This document shows positions 47,932 through 58,087 of a DNA stretch of 58,087 nt, one piece after another (the stretch's first letter is position 1; each line of letters opens with the position of its first letter). Location: assembly GCF_001194135.2 (NCBI RefSeq), contig NC_068998.1, positions 48,665,095-48,723,181 on the forward strand, written 5' to 3'. The position numbers were made by a program, and so were the translations under genes. The notes under the pieces were generated by a model. That model did no database searches, was not told where the DNA came from, and was given only the letters and a program-made list of their open reading frames with translations. This stretch comes from Octopus bimaculoides. Its lineage: Eukaryota.

Positions 47932-50900
47932 ATGTCACCACGCGGGAGGCGATTGAGCCCCAAAACTTTATGCACCGATATCGTTGACGATGAAAGAATT
48001 ATTCGCGAGTCCTGGACATTTTGTGATCTCGTTCAACATATTTCGACAAATGATAAGGCAATTGCCTGGTTGGCGAAATATAAGCTTATAAGCAATTCTG
48101 TTACATGTCCAGCTTGTGGGAACCCGTGTACAATCATCGGCTATAAGCAAGGAATTGACGGAAAACGATGGAGATGCCCAAATCATAATTTCTCTCGATC
48201 GATTCGTAAAGGATCCGTTTTCGAGAACAGTCGTCTCTCGTTGACAACATTTACATGGCTTATGTATATGTGGTCGAGGGATTATCTGCTTTTCGAAATG
48301 GGCCATGAGACAAACGTTTGTATGAAGTCGATTATCGATCTGATCCGACTGGTCCGAGAATTATTAGAACGGTTCCTAGAAGATCATCCGGCTGAATTAG
48401 GTGATGTCCCACCCGAGATTGGAGGGTTCGATTTAGAGACAGGTGAACCAAAAATCGTTGAAATAGATGTAACTAAATTTGTTAAATCTAAACGTAATGA
48501 AAAGAAACATGCGAAAGAATTTTGGATTTTTGGTGGAATCGAACGGGGAACTGAGAAATGCTTTCTAGTACCTATTGAGTATCAAAATAAAGAAGCTTTC
48601 GAAGCTGCAATTATCCGATGGATTTTACCAGGTATGGTTTATAAAATCCGGTTTCTCTTTTATTTGTATCATCTTCAATCTGCTTTTAAATTTAGTTTCG
48701 CTGGGACCATTCTTTACCCCATCCCCTCTAATCACGCCTGTCGTTCTTTAGTTTTAACGCCAATGGCTCGTTAGAATTTGTGGTGTGTTAAACTTAAAGG
48801 AAGTTAGTATCATTAAAGCGAATGGTCATCTCTGGCGGATTGGTACTAAGTATCAACGCGCCTTCTAAGATACAAACTTCTTGTTTTAAAGATATCTAAA
48901 TTCTTCCATCAAAATTTCTTGTTAATTTATGTTCCTTACATCAGCTTAATAATGTCAAGTTTTTTGCTGAATATGTTATTTTCGAAATTATTTAAAGCAA
49001 AGGAAATTTATTTCCACATAAATAACAAGAGGATTTTTAGCATAAGTACAGATTAGTGCCACAGCTTTTCGTATAACTTTCTGAAAAGGGCAATTTTTTT
49101 AATGAAACTCTGTAGAAGTATGTTTGGGAGGGTATAGATTACAATTGTGTTCACATGAAACGAGATATATACATGTATGAGTGTGTATATATATATATGT
49201 GTGTGTGTGTGGCAGGCTTCTTTCAGTGACTGTTTATCAAATCCACTCCCAAGGCTTTGTCAGAGCTGTACAAGCCATGTACAGTGGTGTTGTCAGTAGG
49301 GTGCGCATCAGCCATGAGTACAGTGATGAATTTAGTGTACAGGTAGGGGTTCACCAGGACTCAGTTCTCACTCCACTCTTATTCGTCATAGTCCCCCAGG
49401 CCATAACAGAGGAACTCAAAACTGGATGCCCATGCGAACTACTATATGCTGAGGACCTTGCGCTTATTGGAGAAGATATTCCAGGTATGGAAGTAAAACC
49501 TGGAATCAAAGGACTTTAAAGTTAAGCTTCCAAAGACCAAAGTTGTTAACAAGTAAGAAGATAAGAACTCTTTCCGTTAGGTAAACGGCCCTGCTCAATA
49601 TGTAGGAAAGGAGTTGAAAGTAATTCCATTCGCTGCATCCAGTGTAAGCAGGTAGATTAACAAATAAGGTCATCTTTGTATGTGGCAGATGTGCAGGAAC
49701 AATAAGCACGAAGAGCACACAGGAATTAGAGTCTCTCAAATGCCCAAGAGGCTCTCTTGAGGTTGTAGATAGTTTCTCTTACCTAGGTGACCAAATTAGC
49801 AATGATGGAGGGTGTTCTGAAGGTATTGTTTCTAGAATAAGAATAGGATGGAGGAAGTTCAGAGAGCTATTACCTCCGTTGACAACAAAAGGACTCTGAG
49901 AGTGAAAGGTAGATTGTATGATACTTGTGTACAAACAGCTGTACTTTATAATAGTAAGACATGGGCTCTGAATGTAGAAGATATGCGTAGACTAGAGAGG
50001 AATAAAGGTAGTATGTATTGATGGATGTGCAACATCAGTGTGCTTGAACGACAAAGTGCAGATGTGTTGAGAGAAAAGTTGGGCATGCAAGAGAGAAGAC
50101 TATGTTGGTTTGGACATGTGATGCATATGAATGAAGATAACTGTATAAAGAAATATGCCTATCACTGAAAGTGGGTGGCACCTGTGGAGGAGAGAAGCCC
50201 TGGAAGACATGGGATGAAGTGGTGAGGACCAATCTCAGGATGTTGGGCCTCACAGAGGAGATGACGATGGAGTGAAATGTCTGACGAGATGAGGTTCTGG
50301 AGAAGACCCACCCACTTCAACGAAACTGAGTTCTAGTCTCCGTTTTTAGGCCATCATATGTAATTTGAGAGAGATTCGGCTGCTAAATTTAACAGGTCAA
50401 GAGGCCAAGTAGTGGCCTTCTCATTTATTTACATACATATACTCTCACTGTGCGTGTCCACAATATGTCTTAGTTAAAGGACTGACTTGAGAAAACCTGG
50501 AATGTTCCGTCCATTCTGAGAAACTGTTAAGTTTATATTAAATTTCTAAGTTACCTCCCTTGGTACGAATTTATCCTCAGCAAACCGAACACTTTATTTG
50601 AAATATTTTGCCTCTTTTTTTTTTTTTTTACCCCCCAAAGAACCAACTCTGGAACTACTTTCCTGCCCATTATACTTTTTTCAACAGTCGTCACCTTTCA
50701 ACAAATTCAAGCTGAAAGTCAATCACATTGACTTCCAGTGTTTCAGGCTACAGGAGAAATTTTATGGTTAGACATGGAATCAATGAAAACCAATATTAAA
50801 GAAATGACTAAAATTGACTGCGATTGCTGTGTGATAGAAATATATTTTTTATGATATTGAATCATTTTGCTAAAATAACACTTACGCTAACTTCAATATA

Positions 50901-51457
50901 GCCATGCTGAAGGCATATAGCCTAGTGGTTTGCGTGCTGCATTCATGATTGCTTGATCATGGTTTCAATTCTCTTCTGGGTGGTGCATTGTGTAGTGAGT
51001 GTTAATAGCCAAGTTTATGAACAAGATTTGATTATTTTTTTAATCAGAATCCATTTTCATTTTTGAGTTCTTGGAAAATGTAGGAATGACACAAACCTTC
51101 ACTTCACGTCCTCTATAAATATAAAGGTTCACGACAGCTTTTTTTTTTTTTTTTTTTTTTTTTTGTCTTGTAGGTACCCACATTGTGTCTGATATTTGGG
51201 CAGAATATCTGGAAATTGATCAAATCCAACAAGGCATATATACTCATGAATTAATAGATTATGATTCAGAAGACACAGAAATCCACACCAGAAATATAGA
51301 CAAGTTGTGGATAAGATTAAAAAAACAATTTCAAAGAAAACATATTAAATTTCTATTTCAGTCTTTCTTAACGGAATTTACATGGAGGGCTCACTTTAAA
51401 AATACTGACAAATTTGCTGCTCTAATCTATTGTATAAAACACTTGTATAAAGTTTAA
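47932..51457 (+). CDS. Merlin/IS1595 (ISXO2-like) transposase-derived protein, 2 coding exons, 327 aa
   Basis: Exons 47932-48631 and 51174-51457, phase-1 GT-AG intron, no internal stops. Merlin motifs: CPACG..DGKRWRC..SIRKGSVFE, VEIDVTKF, WIFGGIER, ILPGTHIVSDIWAEY, HTRNIDKLW. Confidence 0.85.
49262..50325 (+). pseudogene. Degenerate RTE LINE 3' portion inside the intron of the Merlin-derived gene
   Basis: VGVHQDSVLTPLLFVIV...ELLYAEDLALI (decayed YADD), later RIRIGWRKFRELLP and LCWFGHVM with frameshifts. Confidence 0.8.
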
Positions 51458-51496
51458 TAAAGTTCTTGTTTTATTTTTACTTGTAATTACTTTTAA

Positions 51497-51715
51497 CCCA
51501 TATATACCCCTGGTTGCGTTTTTGCAACGCAAAACCTACTCCTACTTGTTTGGACATAAACTCGCCAGGAAGCACCAGATGTTCGGTAGGGAGTCGACAC
51601 CCGTAGCTAACAGTTGTTATTGTCCTTCTCTTCCAGATTGTAAAAGCTTACCATAACGTTTAATCTAAATACAGTGAAATTTTAAGGCTTCATTTTTTTT
51701 ATGAGCACATATGGG
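51497..51715. mobile_element. piggyBac-like MITE, 219 bp
   Basis: TTAA|CCCATAT ... ATATGGG|TTAA: TTAA target duplication and CCC-start TIR; no coding sequence. Confidence 0.6.
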
Positions 51716-52469
51716 TTAATTGTAGTTAAGTATCGAGTCTCAGGTCACTTGTGAGATCTCTGATGAGTGCTACATGTAACATGGGATCCAGTACAATCTG
51801 CTACATGATCAACTCACTGGCAACTTAACTGGTGTGTATGCATGTGATTAGGGACCACATGTGAACTTGTATCCTCACTCATAGGTTGGAGATAACTCAA
51901 CCCACCCCAGGTGAATGCCACCACAAGTACAAGCAAGTTGAACCTCAGAAGCAATTTACCCACTGCATGGTACCTTGGGCAAGTGTCTTCTGCTGTAGCC
52001 CCAGACCATCCAAAACCTTGTGACAGAAACTGAAAGAAGCCCACAATTTTTTTTTTTTTTTTTTTTGAAGGGTAGACACGTTTATGGGTGATATGCTGTA
52101 CTCTGTCCCTGAATGCAGGGGTCGATGTCCCATAATGCAATGAAGCAGTTCTGTAGGTGTTGATGCTGAAATTCCAGTGAAGGAGCCTTGGATCTAGGTT
52201 AGAAACCGGCTCTTCGAGAAGCTAAAATGCAAGTGGTGATATTACTGTTTGTAGTTGGGCTGCAACTAATAAAATTTGTTGATATTTCCTGTCACCAATT
52301 TCTCCTCTTTAATCTGCATTTTCAAATTCGACTGGAATCAAAATCTCTTTATTTTGAAAGCAGGTTAGCCTTGGTGACAGGAAGAGCATCTGGCTATGAA
52401 AATCCTGCCTCTAGTACCTCCCTGTCTAACCTTTACTAGCAGGAGAAAAGGTTAAACAAATGCACAAGG

Positions 52470-52620
52470 TGGGTGCTGAAAAGTTTCTGGCTTTAAGGGT
52501 ATCGTGAAAGGCCTGGCTGGAGGCCCAAAATTCCAACTTCTTTTACGGGGCTTAAGAAACCTGAAAAACCGCTGCAATAAGTGTGTGAATCTGAGGGGGG
52601 AAATACATTGAATAAAATCA
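52470..52620 (+). mobile_element. Mariner-derived non-autonomous fragment
   Basis: TIR-like GGGTGCTGAAAAGTTTCTGGCT followed by the transposase end ...KCVNLRGKYIE*. Confidence 0.55.
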
Positions 52621-54160
52621 CATTTATATGTAAATAAGAAACTTGTAAATTTTAAATTAAAATTTAAAAACTATACTGTATTTTGGTGAGTAGTATTTTC
52701 TAGACTGTCCAGTTAATCTTTTTTCAAGATTGATTCACCACTGAAAAACTATTTCACATTTCTAAAATTCATTACAAAATATTGTTTAATAAAAATTGTT
52801 TCTAGACATAACTTTTAATGTATCTCCTTTGTTATCCTCTGGGACAACACGATTTCTGTTTTGTCCGCTAGGACCGTGAGACATACTTACAAGCCTTCTT
52901 AGATATTTCTTTGTTGCGAGGAAGAGGAAAAAGGGAAAGATATGATGAAACAGGCAGGGCCCTTCATCAAATTTAGAAAACTATTTCATTAAGAGACATC
53001 CACAAATCTAAAATTAATGGCTGCCACATCTTTAAGCAAATAAGCAGAGTATCCATTAGCTTACAGTGTCACAGGTAAATATAACATTTGATAGGCTTTT
53101 GGTTGTAAATCATAAAACACGTTGAATCCATATTTATTCTAAGCTATAGAAGTAAATGAATTACAATGATAAATAAAAGATATGTTCATCACTGTCAATC
53201 TTTGGTGAGGAGAACAACTACTGTAGCCATTTTATCTGCTTTTTTTTAATTTTCAACCAACTTTATATTATCATTATGTTACCTGAAACAAACAGCTGCA
53301 GCCATTTTATTGTCATAACAATAAGTGGAAATGTTATAAATCACCTCTCTCCTTCTCTTGCTTTTCTCTCTGACCAGGTAACCAAGTATCTCCTTTTCAT
53401 CAGCACACCTGGTAGACGAAAACTGAAAGAAGCCTGTCGTATATATGTATATGTATATATATATGTGTGTGTGTCGGTGTTCTCTCCACCCCCCATCCCC
53501 CCAACATTCCATGACAACCGATGCTGGTGTGTTCATGTCCCCGTAACTTAGCGGTCCGGCAAAAGAGAACCAATAGAATAAGTACTGGGCTTACAAAGAA
53601 TAAGTCCTGGGGTCGATTTGCCTGACTAAAGGCGGTGCTCCAGCATGGCCGCAGTCAAATGACTGAAACAAGTAAAAGAGTAAAGAGTAAAGGTGTTACA
53701 CAGTGGAACTGAACTCGAAACTACATGGTTGGAAAGCTAGCTTCTTAATAGCACAGCCATGCCTGCACCCATACATACTGAATAAAATATTGCCAGAGAT
53801 AAAAAGAGAGGATGGTTAGAGTTTCATTTCTAGTTACATGATATTTATTTGCAAAACAGCAAAATTTGTTCCACATGTGGACTACATTTGAAAAAAATTT
53901 GATCTGCATGAAAGAAACTTTGAAGACTCTTCTAAGGTTTTTCTAAAAGTACTGAAATACAGTCAAACGATAGCTTTTACTAAAAGCACCCACTACACTC
54001 TTGGAGTGGTTGGCGTTAGGAAGGGCCTCCAGCTGTAGAAACCCTGCCAGATCAGATTAAGCCTGGTGCAGCCTTCTGGCTCACCAGTCCTCAGTCAAAC
54101 CGTCCAACCCATGCCAGCATGGAAAACAGACGTTAAACAATGATGATATATATATGTATG

Positions 54161-54207
<47 letters not shown>

Positions 54208-57200
54208 NNNNNNNNNNNNNNNNNNNNNNNNNNNNNNNNNNNNNNNNNNNNNNNNNNNNNNNNNNNNNNNNNNNNNNNNNNNNNNNNNNNNNNNNNNNNN
54301 NNNNNNNNNNNNNNNNNNNNNNNNNNNNNNNNNNNNNNNNNNNNNNNNNNNNNNNNNNNNNNNNNNNNNNNNNNNNNNNNNNATATATATATATATATGT
54401 ATGTTGGTATATATATATGTATATATATATATATGTATGTATATCAATAGATACATACGTACATGTATACATAAACAGACGGACAGACAGATAGATAGAT
54501 ACGTGGTGGGTGTTGACTCATCAGACAAGTAAGACCATTGATGACAAGTTAACTTGTTTTGTCAGTGACCATGACAAAATGGATTTTTAAAGCCAGAATA
54601 TGACTTGCATTTTTCTTGTAGCAAAAATGTAATATTCATAATCATGAGTTGCAATTAGTAACTCATTCTGCATAGCACCTTGATTGTTTACTTTTGTGCA
54701 CCTTGTGAGTCAAGATTGGCTGGAAAATACCCTGCCACAGTAGATCACATGTCAGCTAGAACATAGATAGAAAGATTGAAAGATAGATAGATAGTGAAAC
54801 AAATCAACCCCAGGACTTATTCTCTGTAAGCCTAGTACTTATTCTATCGGTCTTTTTGCTGAACTGGTAAGTTACAGGGACATAAACACACCAACATCGG
54901 TTGTCAAGCGATGGTGGGGGACAAACACAGATACACAAATACATACTACACACACACACACACACATATACACAACAGGCTTCTTTCAATTTTCCATCTC
55001 CCAAATCCACTCACAAGGCTTTAGTCAGCCCAGGGCTACAGTAGACAATACTTGACCAAGGTGCCACACAGTGGGACTGAACCCAGAACCATGTTGTTGG
55101 GAAGCAAGCTTCTTACCATACAGCCACTCTTGGACTGTGACTGACACCACTGTTGCATAACCAGCCCATTTAAAATTAGCCTTGAACCTCTGGGCAACAT
55201 GTTGTGCTTGAGAAGACCTGTTCAGTCAAGTGAAGTCATAATAGTGGCTGATGCCAGTGCCACCTGACTGGCACTCGTATTGGTGGCACGTAAAAAGCAC
55301 CATTGAAGCATGGGCCAATGCCAGTGCTGCCTGACTGGCTTCCATGTTGGTGGCACATAAATAGCACCCACTACGTGTAAGGAAGGGCATCCAGCTGTAG
55401 AAACCTCGTCAGATCAGATTGGAGTCTGGTGCAGCCGACTGGCATACTAGTCCTCACTCAAACCGTCCAACCCATGCCAGCATGGAAAATGGATGTTAAA
55501 CAATGATGATGATATATATTTATTCAGTGTTGTAATCTTTATTTTTAGAGTCTACCTTTACAATATATACATCATCATCATCATCATCATCATCATACAT
55601 GCCTATATATTTATATGTGTGTTTGTGTGTGTGAGTGAAAGAAAGACATTTCTTACAGAAATTGAGATTCTCTGAAGAATGAAATAATCCGGCACACCCA
55701 CTCTTAAAATGAATTCTGAACCGGATTACAAAAAAAGAAAAAAAACAGAGAGTTACCAATACATTCCCATTTGTTTATTTTCTGATAATATTGTATAAAA
55801 TGAGGTGTCAAAATATTTCATCACTGATGTAAAAACTGTTCACTAACTTCCCTCTCATTGTATCTCTGGTTTTGGTTCTGGAAGTGTGTCAACAGCCAGG
55901 CTGTAGGAAGATGATGAAATTTTCTCATGTTTTATCAAATACAGTCCATAAAGGAAAAACTGTTACACCTGACATTAAGTGTGTGGTGTCCATGGTCAAC
56001 ATGAATCTTGCATAATGCAAGCATAGTGTGTGTATACTCATCTATATCTATGGTGCAGCTTCCTAGGGCTAAATAGCAGCAGTATGATTCCCTTATTGGG
56101 ACTGTCACATTGAGTTGACAGTGTACAACTGCTGTATATATATATATATATATATATCCTTTTATTGGTTTCAGTCATTTGACTACGGCCATGCTGGAGC
56201 ACCACCTTCAGTCGAACAAATTAACCCCAGAACTTATTCTATGTAAGCCTAGTACTTATTCTGTTGGTCGCTTTTGCTGAACCGCTAAGTTATGGGAATG
56301 TAAACAAACCAACATCAGTTGTCAAGTGGTGGTGGTGGTAGTGGGGAGAAACACACACACATAAATATATATATCATCATCATCATATATATCCGGCAAG
56401 CCAAGTAAGATCGTTGCCAGTGCCCCTGGACTGGTTCTTGTGCGGGTGGCACATGAGATGCACCATTTTGAGCGTGGCCGTTGCCAGTACCGCCTGACTG
56501 GCTCCTGTAGGATTTTCGAGCGAGATCGTTGCCAGTGCCCCTGGACTGGCTTGTGCGGGTGGCACATAAAAGACACCATTTCGAGCGTGGCCGTTTTCGT
56601 GCGGGTGACACGTAAAAGCACCCACTACACTCTCTGAGTGGTTGGCGTTAGGAAGGGCATCCAGCTGTAGAANNNNNNNNNNTTTTCGAGCGAGATCGTT
56701 GCCAGTGCCCCTGGACTGGCTTGTGCGGGTGGCACATAAAAGACACCATTTCGAGCGTGGCCGTTTTCGTGCGGGTGACACGTAAAAGCACCCACTACAC
56801 TCTCTGAGTGGTTGGCGTTAGGAAGGGCATCCAGCTGTAGAAACTCTGCCAAATTAGATTGGAGCCTGGTGTTGCCATCCGGTTTCACCAGTCCTCAGTC
56901 AAATCGTCCAACCCATGCTAGCATGGAAAGCGGACGTTAAACGATGATGATGATGATGATATATACATGATGATATATATGGATATATATGATGGTCTTC
57001 TTTCAGTTTCTGTTTACCAAATCCACTCACAAGGTTTTGGTCGGCCCTAGGCTATAGTAGAAGACACTTGCCCAAGGTGCCACCTAGTGAGACTGAACCT
57101 GGAACCATGTGGTTGGGAAGCAAGCTACTTACCACACGGCCATGCCTGCACCTATGTATATATCTATATTTATATTTATGTTTTATTCTATCTTTTGTTT

Positions 57201-57444
57201 TCAGTCATTTCACTGTGGCCATGCTGGGACATCTACCTTGAAGAATCTTTAGTTGAACGAATCGACCCCAGCACTTGGTATCCTTTTAAGTCTGGTATTT
57301 ATTTTGTCAGTTTCTTTTGCTGAAATGATGATGTATGGGGACAAACAGACGTAAAGACACCCATACACATACACACATATATCCATACCAACATGGGGAA
57401 TGGACGTTAAATGATGATGCATACATACATACATACATAGAATG

Positions 57445-57812
57445 GTGGAATGTGGTTGTCCAGGAATAGGAGCAGTTTCCACTGATGTCCGACCACATCT
57501 GAACTGGTGGTGCCAGCGCTTGACTGCATTGTATGCTGGTGCATCGTCACAATAAATTTCTTTCATCTCATCGATTGTCTCTTTTGCTGTATGACCTTTC
57601 AAGTATAAGAACTTGATCACCGATCTGCATTCAACTGCCTCCATTATAACACTTTAGTACACTTCATCAGCCATAAAAGACAAACGAATGCTAGAGGGAA
57701 GCTGTAATTTACAATGTGACATATAAAGAAATGTATGGTTATACCTGTACAAGTTCCGTTTTCTGCAATAACCAGAAGTGGGTCAGGGGAAAACTTTAAT
57801 GAACACCCCTCG
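57445..57812 (-). pseudogene. Mariner element 5' part (TIR plus HTH), truncated
   Basis: TIR TACGAGGGGTGTTCATTAAAGTTTT at ~57812; ORF MEAVECRSVIKFLYLKG...AVKRWHHQFRCGRTSVETAPIPGQP is the mariner HTH region. Confidence 0.8.
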
Positions 57813-57829
57813 TATGTGTGTGTGTGTGA

Positions 57830-57864
<35 letters not shown>

Positions 57865-58087
57865 GGCGATGACTACTGACCGAGACCTTTCGAAATGTGC
57901 TGTGCGTGAGAAGACCTGGCAAGCCAAGTGAGATCGTTGCCAGTGCCCCTGGACTGGCTCTTGTGCGGGTGGCACATAAAAGACACCATTTCGAGCGTGG
58001 CCGTTTTCGTGCGGGTGACACGTAAAAGCACCCACTACACTCTCTGAGTGGTTGGCGTTAGGAAGGGCATCCAGCTGTAGAAACTCT

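Noticed and set aside
52872-52976. Acceptor followed by DRETYLQAFLDISLLRGRGKRERYDETGRALHQI* (similar orphan candidates at 50740-50850 + and 55657-55715 -)
   Set aside because: No homology recognised and no consistent exon chain; RNA-seq or tBLASTn would be needed.
56511-56841. Exact ~160-bp direct duplication (56511-56672 versus 56686-56841)
   Set aside because: The copies are identical and separated by a 10-N gap, so this is most likely a contig-overlap assembly artefact.
1-58087. CRISPR arrays, rRNA or prokaryotic systems
   Set aside because: No regular repeat-spacer arrays or rRNA motifs; the sequence is eukaryotic with spliceosomal introns.

Overview
AT-rich, microsatellite- and SINE-dense animal genomic DNA with several N gaps. 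The repeat families and the C2H2 gene style point to an octopus/coleoid cephalopod (inference). Genes I can support: (1) a 19-coding-exon HELQ helicase gene on the minus strand (35488->16695, 1241 aa); (2) head-to-head with it, across an NRF1/ETS/YY1-motif promoter at ~36.1 kb, a 3-coding-exon plus-strand gene (40317-43021, 263 aa) missed by the ORF track, which carries all three CYREN/MRI motifs (N-terminal Ku-binding motif, central YxMxExE helix, C-terminal XLF-like EIF tail); (3) a 13-finger C2H2 zinc-finger gene (minus, 46388->45141); (4) an intact, intron-containing Merlin/IS1595-type transposase-derived gene with an altered catalytic triad (47932-51457), probably domesticated; (5) tRNA-Glu(CTC). 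The rest is decayed Penelope-like, RTE, CR1-type, mariner/maT and piggyBac-MITE sequence plus at least five SINE-like families. The most unusual signal is a short element family that joins a tRNA-like Pol III head to a Penelope-type minimal hammerhead ribozyme and recurs as inverted dimers at three loci. Other notable items are a 150-nt strand-biased RNA hairpin in a HELQ intron and a ~0.9-kb palindrome. Family and homologue assignments come from motif recall, not database searches. Repeat boundaries are approximate.
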